In this document: one piece after another, positions 1-15,020 of the stretch | Numbering within the stretch: the stretch's first letter is position 1 | How the letters are laid out: every line of letters begins with the position of its first letter | NCBI GenBank assembly: GCA_009914755.4 | Contig: CP086569.2 | Coordinates: 24,512,001-24,576,000 of the forward strand | Length of the DNA stretch: 64,000 nt | Reading direction: 5' to 3' | Origin: the human T2T-CHM13v2.0 reference genome, Homo sapiens | Notes under the pieces: generated by a model | What the model saw: only the letters and a program-made list of their open reading frames with translations | What the model was told of the DNA's origin: nothing | Database searches by the model: none | Position numbers and translations under genes: made by a program

Positions 1-353
1 TGCCAACAAGCTTAGGAGGCCAGTAGCTCCCCATCACTGAAAGTATTTGAGCAAAGATGAGATGATCCTAATAACCATGACAGCCTCCTTTATTCTGTGC
101 TTACTATGTTTCTGGAAGTGTGCTAAGCATTTCTTTTTTTGCATGCTTCCTCTTAAGAATACTATAGAGTAGGTACTAATATCATCCACATTTTACAGGT
201 AAGGAAACTGTTTACAGAAGTTAAGTCACTTCCTGAAAGTCATTCTGCTGCCCAATGGTGGTGCCAGGATTTGAGCCCTGACTAGTGTCTTGCTCTGTGT
301 GTCTGTGTGTTGCATTTCTGTGCTTGGAAAAGTCTGACTGGATGGCTTCATAA

Positions 354-664
<311 letters not shown>

Positions 665-714
665 TGGGACACTACTTACTTATGGAAACTATACATTAAG
701 AAATTGAGTGACTG

Positions 715-1246
<532 letters not shown>

Positions 1247-1303
1247 TTATTTCAGTGGGGGTTTGTTTAGTAGTAGTTGTTTTTTAATTTTGCTTCGGTT
1301 TGG

Positions 1304-1627
1304 TTTTTTGAGATGAAGTCTCACTCTGTTGCCCAGGCTGGAGTGTAGTGGTGGCACTATCACAGCTCACTACAGCCTCAATCTCGGAGGCTCAAGGGAT
1401 CCTCCTGCCTCAGCCTCTCATGTAAGTGGGACCTGACTAGCTGGCCAGCCATATCCTGCTAATATTTATTTATTTATTTATTTATTTAGTTAGTTAGTTA
1501 GTTAGATAGGAAGAGACAAGTCTCCCCATGTTGGCCAGGCTGGTCTCAAACTCCTGAGCTCAAGTGATCCTCTCACCTCATCCTCACAAAGTGCTGGGAT
1601 TACAGGCCGGAGCCACAGCAACTGGCC
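1304..1627 (-). mobile_element. Alu SINE, reverse orientation, with expanded internal (TTTA)n(TTAG)n linker
   Basis: ttttttgagatgaagtctcactctgttgcccaggctggagtgtagtgg ... ctgggattacaggccggagccacagcaactggcc. The middle A-rich linker is replaced by a tetranucleotide repeat. Confidence 0.88.
1463..1508. repeat. Microsatellite (TTTA)6(TTAG)5 inside an Alu linker
   Basis: atttatttatttatttatttatttagttagttagttagttagat. Confidence 0.9.
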
Positions 1628-2084
1628 TTGTTTAGTTTCAGTGAATAAAACTGCCTTTTGAGGGAGCTACAGAGGCAATATAGCAGCTTGGAATCCAGGA
1701 AGCTTCCTTGGTCTTGTGTTTCTAAGGGTCCCAGGCATATTATAAGCAACTGCTCCTGATGGAGGCGCTAGTGTATGAAGAGCTAGGTTCTGGAGCTAGA
1801 CCGCCTGGACTTCTGTCTTGATCATGTGCTTTTGGGAACATGACCTATCCCGTCAGTGCCTCACCCTCTTCACATGCAAAGTAGAAACAATGACAGCAGC
1901 TGCCTCGTTGGGGTTACTATGATGATGTATGTCATGACTTAAAACACATAAGGTGCCGACAGCAGTGGCTGGTACGTAATGGATACTTAACAGAGCCATT
2001 CCTTTCAGGGTCAATGGGGTGATGGCTATTTTATTTTTTTCTTTTTTATCAATTTGAGACCAAGCACTCAAGAAAAAAAATTCA

Positions 2085-2385
2085 GGCCAGACGTAGTGGC
2101 TCACGCCTCTAATCCCAGCACTTTGGAAGGCTGAGGTGGGTGGATCTCTGGAGGTCAGAAGTTCAAAACCAGCCTGGCCAACATGGAGAAACCCCATCTC
2201 TACTAAAAATACAAAAATTAGCCGGGTGTGGTGGCACATGCCTGTAATACCAGCTACTCGGGAAACTGAGGTGGGAGGATCACTTGAACTTAGGAGGCGG
2301 AGGTTGCAGTGAGCTGGGATCATGCCTCTGTACTCCTGCACTCCAGCCTGGGGGAAAGAACAAGACTCTGTCAAAAAAAAAAAAA
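2085..2385 (+). mobile_element. Alu SINE (AluS-like)
   Basis: ggccagacgtagtggctcacgcctctaatcccagcactttgg ... gcctgggggaaagaacaagactctgtc + A13. Confidence 0.9.
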
Positions 2386-3172
2386 TCATCCTGAGGTCAT
2401 AAAGCGAAAGAGTAACAAAGGTGGGCAGGCAGGAACTACTCAGCAGTGTAGAATGGGCCCTAGAAGCAAGGATTATTCCAGAGTCATCTGAACTCAGACT
2501 CACAGGCATCACCGACAGGCCAGTCCTGCCCCAGCTCAAGCCCTGGTACTAGGGGGCCCAGGCTGGGTGGGGGCGGGTAGGGGTTGGCCCTTGCAAAACA
2601 GCCTCTATCCTGTGCAACAGTTTATAATTCAGCAGAGAGTGTTTTGTTTTTAAGAAATGTCCAACTGGATATATGGCATTGCTGTTAAAACTGTTTTTAT
2701 TACCTTATGGAACTACAAGAAAGCCTAGGGATGTATTAATACATATAGGGTTGACAGGCCCATAACTATAAAGTAATGGCAGGCATTATCCATATATATT
2801 CATGGAAGTGGGAGTCCAGGGGCAGACACAGAACATTCCCAGAGGGAGCTGATGCACTTTATTATTTTTATGTAGGTTCAGATATTATTTCTCAGGTACA
2901 GCATAAAATGATGCTTTATTCCATCAACTATAACCCAGGCACACAGAATCATTCCATTTCCCAAAGGAATACAAGCAAATAAACCTTTAGGCAGCAAACA
3001 GAAATGCATTTTCTCTCCTCTCCCTGCCTTCTTTTGAGGAACAGAATTAGCAGGTTTGCCTAGAGTGCACTCTTCTCTCTTGAACCACATCTTCAATCCC
3101 CAAAGGGAACACAGTGAGATCTTCCCCAAAGGTAGTTCAAAGCTGGGGGCCCTTTCATTTGCCAGGATCTAA

Positions 3173-3443
3173 CCCAGCTACTCAGGAGGCTGAGGCAGGA
3201 GGATCACTTTAGCCCAGGATTTCAAGAGCAGCCTGGACAACATAGTGAGACCCTGTCTCTACAAAAAAATTTTAAAAATTAGCCGAATGTGGTGGGGCAT
3301 GCCTGTAGTCCCAGCTACTCAGGAGGCTGAGGTGGGAGGATTGCTTGAGCCCAGGAGTTTGAGGTTATAGTGAGTAGTGATGGCATCCGTGCCCTCTATC
3401 CTGGACGACAGACCAAGAGTCCAGCCCTAAAAAAAAAAAAAAT
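3173..3443 (+). mobile_element. AluJ-like SINE, 5'-truncated or rearranged, followed by an A/T-rich low-complexity tail to about 3500
   Basis: ...gcccaggatttcaagagcagcctggacaacatagtgagaccctgtctctacaaaaaaa ... right arm ... ccagccctaaaaaaaaaaaaaa. Older divergent sequence. Confidence 0.75.
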
Positions 3444-3684
3444 AATTAAAAATTTTTAAATCTTTAAAAATTAAAAATCTTAAATTTTTCCTTAAGATTT
3501 ATAAGAGGACTCAGTAAAGGCTGTGCTGGCAATAACATCAAACTACTGAATTCTTTGAGAACTCACTGGAGATTATTATTTTGCATGACATAACTAAACA
3601 TCTTAATGGTTGACTTAATTACTTAGATGTCAGTCTGTATGTTTTTGGTGTCATAAGTACAAAGCTTAGAAATGTTACTTTTAG

Positions 3685-3985
<301 letters not shown>

Positions 3986-5271
3986 TACTTTTAAAACCAA
4001 GTACTAGCTCATCTCTAAGTAATACTATTTAAGTAGGCAAAAGCCCCTGGAGGTAGCCTGAACTTTTTATTCTCTTAGCTGAGGGGACAGAACAGAAATG
4101 ATATGACACTTACAGAAACCCCTATGTGGCCTGGCCTCATTGGAATTTTTTCTGTTAGTTAAATCAATACCATTTTTTCTATTGATTAAAAACAAAATTA
4201 TTCATATGATGGGTTCAAGAAAACAAATTATTTCCCTAATGGACAGTGTAGATCCGGACTAGAAGCAAACAAGGATCTTCTATCCCTCACACATCTCAAC
4301 ACTCAAGCAAAAACTCAAAGAAAACAATGATACTAATGGCCACATCATGCACCGTGCTCACACAAGGATGCCAAGAGGCTTAATATGTGTTCCTTACCTG
4401 GACCCTTTTCACTGGATCAGAAATACGGATGTCTTAGTCTGATAGGCATCCTCTGCTAATGCATTTTAAATGATTGAATCAATAATTTGATGGGCCACTT
4501 TTTATAAGATGCTATGATACCCTATGAAGCACTATTAAAATATTCATTTTTCTGCACACCAGATAAGGCCCAATTGTTCATAACCAATATTGGTTCTCTG
4601 GCAAAAGGAGTAAAGGCAGCCCTCTAGATATTCCTCACTGATATTCCATTTCTCAGTGGCTACGGAGACATGAGTAGGAAGGAAATCTGGGTCCCTGCAC
4701 CCACGATCTTGGTGCCATCAAAGTGCCACTGCTGGAAGGTTCCTGGGCACCATCTGAGACCAACCCCACTGTGAGGCTGAAGGAGGCTGATCAGAACAGT
4801 GGTCCTCCACCTCCTCCCTGACTTCCCAAGTCATCTTCTATTTATGTGGAATTATTCCCATAACTGGGGCCAGATGATCCCACCCTGGGAAGACTGGGGA
4901 AATTCCCAGAATGCTGACCTGAAAGTCCAATTTTCCCAATATTTCTACTGTTCCCATGTCACAAGCCTTTGGGCAAAATCTCCCAGGCTTGAGAGATTTC
5001 AATCCAGCCTGGATCACCTCTCCACTTCCTCCATCCCAGAGTGAAATTAAAAATCCCATCTGCTGTCAATGAGGAGTCCCTTCAGGCCCTAAAGTTTAGG
5101 GAGAGGAATCCCTATCTTGACTTCTTCACTGTCATCCTGGCACATCAGTTACTTCAAACAACCCAATTTCAAGAACTGATAGACCTTCATTTCTGGACAC
5201 ACCAAAAACAAGCAAATTCCAGAGGATCAGCTTCAGGGTGGCAGAATGGAATGAGTAAAAGCCAACCACGA

Positions 5272-5603
<332 letters not shown>

Positions 5604-6959
5604 TCACCATTAGCTCAGCCAGGACTGGCAAGGGAGTGCCAACTGGAGAATCTTATCCTCTGTTCCTTAGCTGTTTAGATGTATAAAGCCTGAGGGCTTT
5701 GCACCTAATTAGGGTTTCAGAGCTTTGTTTTTCTTTCATCTAATTACATTTGCCCTGTGGGGAAGAGCCTCTGTCCAGGAGGCATTGCTCTCCGAAAATC
5801 TGTCTCAGCCCAACAACAGGTGCGAGAAAGTGAACAGCTCCTCTCCCCACCAATGTGGTGAGATGCCGAGCCAGGCCCTGGCTTCTTCTTGCTCCTCTCC
5901 TTTCATTATCTCTAACTCTAGTGTCAGCCCTCAAGCAGTCCCCTGCTTTGTCACCCCTGGCAAGGTGGGGAATGTTCTCTTAACCTGCAGCTTTCTCCTT
6001 CGGGAACAAAGCGCAGCCTCTTAGCAGCTAGCAATCAACTCCTGTGCTCAGGGCCTTCCAGCCAGACCTTCTGCAGTGCACCCTGGTAGGGGGTAAATTA
6101 TCCTGAGCTTGGAAAATGTGACTGAAATCACCTCCGACAGAGGAAAATGGGTTTTCATAAAAAATGTTTCCTCACCTTTGGTTGCAACTCAATTCAACTG
6201 ACCATTTCCCACCCTGGATCTCAAAAGAAATTTCTGCTTTGCTTCTGGGTATGAGCCCGGGTGATAATGAAAGGTACTTAGGAAGCCAGGCCTATTGAAG
6301 CAGCGTAGCCCTCAGAGGGGCATGGCTGACTTGGCTAAGAGTAGGACAGGGTGTGGGGTTGAGGAATCCATGGGGACTCAGGGCATCCTGTCGCAGACAC
6401 AGGAGCTGACCCAGCCACAGGGTCACAGGACAGCCTGTGTCACCACAGTCTCTGTGCAGAGTTCAGAGTTTACAAATGAGATAAATGGACATTTGCTGAC
6501 TGGGGTAACTCAGCATCAATTCACCCTATTTCTGGGAAAAGCCTCAATTTACATGTGGGAATGGACCATCCCCTTATTGTTATAGGAGTTATAAAGAAAT
6601 TATTTTAGGCAGATAGAGAGGAAAAGAGGTCCTTGGGAAGTTTTTGTTTCTTTTAAAGCAGATCCAGAAACCTTTCTTGTCTAACAGGAGAGCACCAGCT
6701 CTAAGAGCCACTGGCAGGTTTGATATGCAAATGCAGGCCACTGGAAACTGAGTCCACCCAAACATGGAGATTTCAGGTTTCTTCCTTGCCCCAACAGGTG
6801 GCTGGCAACATGGCTGCCCCCACATATCCCCACGTGTGTAGAACATCATGGCGCCCTGCATTTGCATCTTAAAAGGCTAGAGTGTGAGGGCCAGCTTTTT
6901 CTCAGGCTATGTGAATGACATGCCTGGTCAAACCAATCCTCTGAGCCCTGTGCAAGCCA

Positions 6960-7200
6960 GTACCGCCTCCTCCAGCCTCCTCATATAAGTAGCTGATTAC
7001 ACCACACACACGCCCTCTCCCCACATCCCTTCTCTCCACCGGAGTTTTCTCTCTGTTCAAATCCCCTCTCCCTCTGTCTCTGTACTGGGGACCTGTTTTC
7101 TTCTTCCTTCCTTCTTTCTTGTATATTAAACTTTTCGCTCCTTAAAACCATTCCAGGTGTGTCCGTGTCATTTTATCCAAAAGTGTGCTAGACCAAGAAC
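6960..7200 (+). promoter_or_regulatory. Possible solo-LTR (ERV-type) U3-R-U5-like module: TATA-like box, ATTAAA poly(A) signal, GT-rich downstream element
   Basis: cctcatataagtagctgattacacc at about 6980, then cttgtatattaaacttttcgctccttaaaac about 140 bp downstream, then gtgtgtccgtgtc. This resembles a retroviral LTR layout. Family and boundaries are not resolved. Confidence 0.3.
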
Positions 7201-8866
7201 CCTGGTGTTCCTCCAGTCATCTGAGCCATATCATTATCTCATTCCATTTTTGATGGCACTAACCACCAGCATACCATGCTCCATCAGAACAGTCATCCTC
7301 CTGAGCTCTGTGAATGGCTCAGGATGCAAAAGTGAGAGAAAAATGTAGCCAAGTGAGGAGGCAGAGAGAAACTGCCTCCTGGTAACACAGTGTGTGCCCC
7401 TGGATCAAGCCATGCCTGAAGACAGTTTATTCTGAACTTTTACAATAAGTGCTCTTTTTGTTTAAATCATTTTGGATTGGGTTTTTGTTCACTTGTAAGC
7501 AAAAGCACACTATGATAAAAGGGGATACAAGACAAGTATCACAAATCCAGAAATGGGAAGGGCACAACCCCAGAGCCCAGGCCAGTCAGGGAAGTGAAGA
7601 AACAGACAGCATCTGAGATGCCTATGCCCAGTATCCAGGGGCTAGGTCCATGGTCTTTGAGCCTTAAGATGCAGGAGATCCCTGTGGGGAACTTCACAAC
7701 AGCATAGATTCCCACTCATTCCCACAGCCAATTCTCATCCTTAAGTCTGGAAGGGGAATGAGAGGTTTGGTTTTTAACCAATATCCAGGCAATTTGGAAG
7801 CAGATAACACAGAGAATACTTTGAGAAACACTTCCCTACACTCTGAGCTGGGAGTTAAAGGACAGGGTTCCAGTCTCTGCGGTGAGGCAGTGGCAAGAGC
7901 TCCATGGGCGGGAAGAATATTAGGCCAGAGCTTAGAACAGGACTGCAGAAGCAAGCATGGAATGGAAGCACATCTGATGATCTGTGACATACAACGAGCC
8001 TGCAGATCACAGGCAATGATTTTTGGAAACTCATCACACAGTAGTTTGAAGCAGCAGGAACGATTTGATCCAAAGTGCCATGAGAACACTTCCGAGTCTA
8101 CAAATGCTTTCATAGGTCAATCTAAGCTGTTCCTCCCAACCAACCTGTCTGGCAATTAGAAATTAGGAAATTAAAACTCAGAGTGTCTAAATAGCACACA
8201 CAAAGCCACACAGCTCACTGGTTCAGTAGCCTAGACCTGGGTCCCAGTCTGTCTGACACCAAACCCCACACTTTTCAAATAATTCTCCCTTCCACTGGGG
8301 GAAGGGCTGGGTCTCAGGAAAGGTCTAAGGGACACACAGTGTGGGGATCAGTGAGACCCTACTCAGCAGGCCCAGATGAGGGAAGGGGATGCTCCACCTG
8401 ACTGCGCAGGAAGGCAAGGCCATTTTAACTTTGCAGCATCTTCAACTCATCTGGCTCAAGAAATCCCAGCCCAGCTTGACGATGGAGAGTGGAGGAAGAC
8501 AGGGGCACCCTTGCAAGTGAAGACTAAGCTCTGATTTTTTTTTTTTTTTATCTTACCCAAATCCCCTATCTAAAGGGTCTGGGGAGTGATGTCCTACAAA
8601 CCATAAACTCTCATCAGTTGGATTTTATTTAACCCTATATATTGTGACTTACTTTCCAACCTGACTCTGTCATAACATTATGAGACAAGGAAGAAAATAA
8701 AAATATTTTACCCCAAAACATAGACTTTTTTGTCCATATCTTGAAATGGCCCTGCAAAGCTGTCCTTTGTGGGGGAAAATTTGTATCTGTAAAGAATCTC
8801 TATTAACATAGCTAGATATTTTTCTCCCCGCCCACCCAATCCTAAAGAGATTAACTGAAAGTCTAG

Positions 8867-9162
<296 letters not shown>

Positions 9163-11399
9163 AAGTCTAGCACCTTTTAAAGATCTGAATAGGAAACATT
9201 TGCCATCTATTGTCTGTGAGGACAGCCTCTATAAGATTTCAAAAGAACCTTGGTCTCCACCATCTTTTATCTTAACTTGAAAATTTCCTTTCTATGGATC
9301 CCAGGTCCTTAGACAAACTCACTGAAACTTACCTATAGCCTGGAAGCACCCCTTTCCTCCTGCTTTGGTCCCACCTTTCTGGACCAAACCAGTGTATTTC
9401 TTAAATGTACTTGATCGATGTCTCATGCCTTTCTAAAATGCATAAAACCAAGCTGTACCCCGACCACCTTGGACACATGTTCTCAGGACCTCCTGAGGGC
9501 TATGGCAAGGGCCGTGGTCACTCATATTTGGCTCAGAATACATCTCTTCAAATATTTTACTGAGTTTGACTCTTTTCATTTACAAGAGCAATGGAAATGA
9601 TTTTCTTTGATCACAGTGTCAGCTCCTGACATTGGTTTGCGCCCATCTGTGCTGTGGACTCTTCCCTCGGAATGAGAGAGGGAGATGGCTCCCAGTGTGG
9701 TTGGAAGTCACCCCGCCCCACAACAACACAGTGCAACAGGCCCCAGCTTCACGCCCATTTCAGTTCAGGACAAGTTTTTTGGAGCATCTACTCTGGGCCA
9801 GGCCCGTAGGATACTAAGATGAAATAGAGAGAGTTCCCGCCTTTGAAGGGTGGTGATTTACCAGTGGGGAGAAAGGAAGAGGCCCATGAAAAGTCGTGTC
9901 TGTAGAAGGTAAGAAGGGGCACAACCACCATGGCAGGGGAGTCACAAAGGAGAAGCATTCAGCCTGCCAAGAGGTCCCAGGAATTTCCTGGAGGATCAGT
10001 CCCCAAACTGACTGTGACAGGGAGCAATACCCAGGTAACAGCAGAGGCCCAGAATAAGAAAGAGTCTGTGAGTGGGCAGAATTCCCTCCAGGGCCATGAG
10101 GGGAGCTGACTTCTGATTAGGGCATTTCATCCTTCTCTGAAATGCAGCTGAGAACTGGTCAGCCTCACTCCCTTGCTGAGACCAATAGCAATCCCTGATG
10201 ATCTTGCCACAGGTCCAGCAGGTGCCCCATCCACACTTTGTCCCCAGCCCCTACCTGGAAGCTCCAAACACCTACCTGAGGGGCCAACTCTGATTCCCAA
10301 GGAGGTGACACCTCCTGCGCCTTGTTGATAGAACATTGATAAGGAAATAAGACTGAGTTTTAAGCTTCTTCCCATGTCAAATATTTAAAGGCAATATAAT
10401 GTTCATGTTTAAATAATATTTCATGTGTAATTAAACAATCCCTTATTGTTAAATAGATGGGTTCCAATTTTGAACTGCTATAATCTGTGTATGTGTCCTT
10501 GATTAAATCCTTAAGAGAAATCCCTAGAAACATTATCTTAGGGTCAAATGGCTTGGATAGTCTGTAAACTGCTGATAATTATGGGAAATTGCCTTCCAAG
10601 AAGGTTATAACAATTTGCCTGATCCCCAGCAGCAACAGACTTTACAAAGTACTCAGTATCTAATATTTAACTTTGATAAAGATAAGCTTCTCCCTTCTTT
10701 TTCACTTAAAATGCTGTGTCCCACCTCACTTTTCAGTGCCTCTTCACACTGACAAGACGGTTGGCTAATACTTCAGAGCTTGCAGAACATTTTCATACAC
10801 TTTTAATCCTCCTAACAACCGTGAGAGATGGAGCTTACTATTACCATCCTTGTTTGCAAATGAGGCCCTGAAAAGTTGAGTGATTTCTGTAAGGTCTCAG
10901 AGCCAATACACACTGGTAATGAAATAAAATGCAAGGCCCCTTATCTTTGGAGCCCAGTGTTCCTTCCACATAGGTGGTTCTCCACCCAGGCTGCCCAGGA
11001 GAATGTGGAATCTCCAGCAGTTCTGACTTAACTGGCCTGGTGTGGATGTCTGTGATGGGTGAACATTCCCAGACCCTTTTAAGAACCTGATAGAAGTGGT
11101 GGACCCACTTCCCAGAAAGAGGGACGCACAACAAAATAATTGTCCTGAGTGGGTCTGACAGAATCAAGTGAACCCTTTAAATCTGGATCTAGAGGTCAGA
11201 GACTGAGAATGTCAGAGATGCAAAAGAGATTCAGTGCAAGAGAAATCCTCCTACTGGTTTTGAAGATAGATGTTGGCACCCTGTGTCAACAACCTGAGAG
11301 TGGCCTTGAGTTGCTGGGAGCACCCCAGACTGACAAACAGCAAGAAGAATATGGGGACCTCAGTCCTACAACCACAGGAGCTGAATTCTACTGACAACC

Positions 11400-11600
11400 A
11401 GTGAGCTTGCAAAGAGGACTTGGAGCCCCAGATGAGAAGCAACCCTGGCTACCCTGATCTCAACCCTATGAGATCCTAAACAGACAATCCAGCCATGCAA
11501 CACCCAAACTTCTGACCTATAGAAACCCTGAGATAATAAATGGGCATTGCTCTAAATCACCAAGTTTGTGGTAATTTGTTACACAGCCATAGGAAGTGAA
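11400..11600 (+). mobile_element. Fragment of an ancient interspersed-repeat 3' tail, probably an old L1-type 3'UTR
   Basis: ...cctgagataataaatgggcattgctctaaatcaccaagtttgtggtaatttgttacacagccataggaag matches the widespread '...ataataaatttgtgttgttttaagccactaagtttgtggtaatttgttacagcagc...' module. Family assignment is from memory only. Confidence 0.4.
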
Positions 11601-11746
11601 TCGACCTGATGTATCTGAGCACCTGCTAGGTTATCATTAAGATTACTCTTCAAAGGTAAAAATTATTTTTCAAAATGTTTCTGCCCTACCTTCCGTGAGC
11701 ATCTGGTGATGGATGGACACACACACGTAAAGGTAGACTGTGTTTA

Positions 11747-11948
11747 GGTGGGCATGGTGGTGCATGCCTCTGGTCCCAGCTACTCAGGAGGCTGAAAGAG
11801 GAGGATCACTAGGGCCCAGGAGTTCAAGGCTGTAGTGAAGCTGTGATTGAGCCATTGCACTCAAACTTGGGCAACAGAGCAAGACACCAGCTCTAAAAAA
11901 ATAAATAAATAAATAAATAAATAAAAACAAAAATAATAATAAAAAAAA
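11747..11948 (+). mobile_element. Truncated Alu, right monomer only, with (AAAT)n-rich tail
   Basis: ggtgggcatggtggtgcatgcctctggtcccagctactcaggaggctga ... gggcaacagagcaagacaccagctctaaaaaaataaataaataaataaataaataaaaac. Confidence 0.8.
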
Positions 11949-14256
11949 CTGCTGAATGCTATAAATAAGATTGGAACTTGCTCTGCTTTTACAAGACCAC
12001 TGTTAGATGACCACTGACAAGAAGACTGTGAGCTGGTCTCTGTAGGAAGCAGGGGCCTGGGCAGCTCTGGGGGCAGAGGAGACAGGCCTGGGGCAGAGAC
12101 ACCTCAGGGCATTTTCAGAAGACAGCCAAAGCAGCCATTCCAGCTTGCCCAGGTAGATGGCAAGTCAATGGGACATGATTCCAGGAAGGTAGGGAAAGAT
12201 GGAATTCTGGAGAGCATTGGACCTCAGATTGGGAGTCTGAACGTCTTTCCATATGCATCAGGAAGCCATGGAAAATTCACAGACTGGAGTGACTTTGGCA
12301 AAGGTGGGATTTAGGAAGACAGATCAAGGCACGGGATAGACCCATGGATGAATAGCCTTCTGGTCAGTTTGTGCCTGTGGTTTTCTATGCTGAGGAGGTG
12401 GGAATGTGCTGGGTTAGTCAGCTGTGGATTTGTGTCCCTGCCTCACCTCACTCCCCACTGTCGTGGATTTGTCAGCTCATCTGTAGTGCGATCCCTGAAG
12501 AAACACTCAGCTCACTCAGCTTGTTTCTAACCCAAAACACTCTGCAGGGCCCATCCTCTCGTCTTTGCCTGGGGATGCCAGACCATGCACTGCGGATGCC
12601 TTCCACCTTAGCACTAGTGGGCTAAATGATGACTGCCTTGCTGTCCCAACACCACCCATCAAAGGGAAGACATCACCACTGGGGTCAGTACAGCCCAAGT
12701 GACAAACTCTATTCCCTCCTTTCTCTCCATCCCATGGACCCTTGATTTGCTAAGTGGGAAGACACTTTCTCATGGTTCAACATCACCTAATCTGCACAAT
12801 TGCTTCTGTAGGCTAACTCAGCCAGAAACCCTTGATATCTGGGCAAAAGTGCACATAACTTTTAAAAGGATTACTACTGCTTTTAATATTCCCTCTGTCT
12901 TAAGTCAGACCACCACCAAGGGCAGATCAGAGTTAATATTATATATCAAAGTCCTGCCATCAGCCTGTAGGATTTATTACTAACATCTGTCCACTTCAGA
13001 GCTATGGGAACCAATGGAATTGGATCTAAGGTTTTGAGTTGGCTCTTGTGCATGGAAATTTGATGCAAACACTCTAATTTATTGGCCCTAAAGGGCTTTG
13101 GCAAGTCATTTTGGCAAGTCACCCACTGAACACAGAGTGAAATTTGCAGAGGTTTCCCCTCTGCTCGAACAGTGGTGTTCTCAGCACGTACAGGGAAGTT
13201 CTGACCCCTTCCAGCCAGGTGAGCTAGGGGATTTTGCCTACCCTTTCTGAACCTCAGTTTTCTCATCCATAAGATGGGAATAAAAACATGGTCCTGGATA
13301 CATGTCTCATGCTAGGCACTGAGGCAGGGTACTCTCTCCCCTGAATGCCTTGCTATTGACGCATCACCAGTAAGGCATGCATTCATTGCACAGAAACTTA
13401 GGCATATGCCTACCAACATGCCCGATGTTGTGTGAGGCCTGACCCCTGTGAGGATGGACTTCCATCTGTGTGAATGGATTCATGAGACCAGCCCTCACTC
13501 TCAGGACTGAGGGCATTGGTGCTCTAACTTGTCTGAATATGGAATCAGCTGGAGAGATTCTGTAAATTACCAGTCCCATTCCCCCCCTGAGATGCTGATT
13601 TCATCGGTCTGATTTCATTGCAGCCTGGTCGTTGGGATGTTTAAAACTCTCCCTAGGAATTCCAATGTGCAGCCAAGTTTGCAACTACACGGAGCCAGGT
13701 TAGTGGTGCGGTCAGCATGGTGATAATTGGGCTCATGAACCCATGACCTCAGCTTCATCAGGAGACCCACTGTAAGTACTGGCCCAACAGGAGGGAAAGG
13801 AGCTGAGTCAGATGATACCACTGAGGGGCATGAGCAAATGAAAAAACAGGAACCCAGCCATGAAGCTCGGCCTGAGTGTTGGAGATGCCACTATAGAGAC
13901 CCTGGTCTTAGCAATCCAGAATTTTCCCCAGTAGAAGGGAGAAGCAAAGATTATCCTGGCCGGGACTGTGTAAGGCCTTTGAAGGTTGACCATCCACCTC
14001 ACCCTGCTGTTTCCCTCCTTCCCTGCAGAACAGCCATTCACCTGAATGTTCCAGGCTTTTGGTTAACAACCCCTGGTCTTTTATACCCATTCACACTCAA
14101 AATCAGGGGGAATTCCTTGAAATGGTTAAAATGCAAAAGTGAAATTTAGAAGCCCTACGAATGAACTAACAATCCAACAAAAAATTCCCAACACTTTAAG
14201 CAAATGCTTTTCAGGCAGAGCCTTCAAATTGCTACTGTCCCACTATCTTCTGGAAT

Positions 14257-14292
14257 CGTGTGTGTGTGTGTATGTGTTTGTATGTGTGTGTA
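14257..14292. repeat. Imperfect (GT)n microsatellite
   Basis: cgtgtgtgtgtgtgtatgtgtttgtatgtgtgtgta. Confidence 0.85.
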
Positions 14293-14929
14293 GAGGAACA
14301 GGTGAAGCAGCAACCATAAGATAGCCTACTTCAGGTCTGGCACCTGTTTTCACTGCTGTCATGCCCTCTTCACTGAGATCCTGACTTAAATATGTACACA
14401 TGTGAATGCTGATTTCTTAGCATGAATTTTAACTCAGCTTCTGCTCGAGCATCAATGATTCCCAATTCCCATCAGAGTGAATGGCCCCTTCCTGGTCTCT
14501 ACAGTCAGTCCTCTGAAGCTGCTCAGCTGCACCCCTGGGAGCTGAGGGGCCAACTCTGACTCCCAAGAAGGTGACCTCTGTCTGCCTTCCAGGGCCAGAG
14601 ATGCAACATCACACACACACACTGCCTTTGGAACGTATGATTAAGCTTTTGCCAGTAGCCTGACAGCTTCCAGCAGCTTTGTCTGACACTGTGTCTGCTT
14701 CTCTGTGCCAAAGTCACTGAAACAAAGGGACTGCAGATGTTGCTGTGAAGTCCTTCCAATTCTCTAGGACAGAGGAAAGCACTACATTGGGTGGGGGGTG
14801 GAGTGGGGATGATGGACTGTGGGAAACCGGCATGATGGGCATGAAACAATAAAAATGAAGCTGATTTTCTTCATACCACTTGCTGCCATAGAGATACATT
14901 TGTTTCTGTGTCCCTCTCACTGGAATGTA

Positions 14930-15015
14930 AACTCCCTGAAAGCAAGGACTTGGCTTATTGCTGTATCCCAAGAGCCTGACACAGTGCCTGGCACATGGTA
15001 GACACTCAATAGATG
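14930..15015 (+). mobile_element. MIR-like (or LTR-like) 3' tail motif '...cagtgcctggcacatggtag..actcaataaatgtttg'. Similar tails occur at about 19430-19500, 24925-24990, 44810-44885, 49255-49330 and 62040-62115, all in + orientation
   Basis: ctgtatcccaagagcctgacacagtgcctggcacatggtagacactcaatagatgtttgag resembles the MIR core/3' region (...agaacagtgcctggcacatagtaagcgctcaataaatgtt...). Confidence 0.35.
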
Positions 15016-15020
15016 TTTGA

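Noticed and set aside
6295-6585. 96-aa ORF in GC-richer unique sequence (5700-6600)
   Set aside because: The ORF has no recognisable homology, and there is no Kozak context or supporting splice signals. It is moderately CpG-containing but far too short and sparse to call a CpG island or exon from sequence alone.
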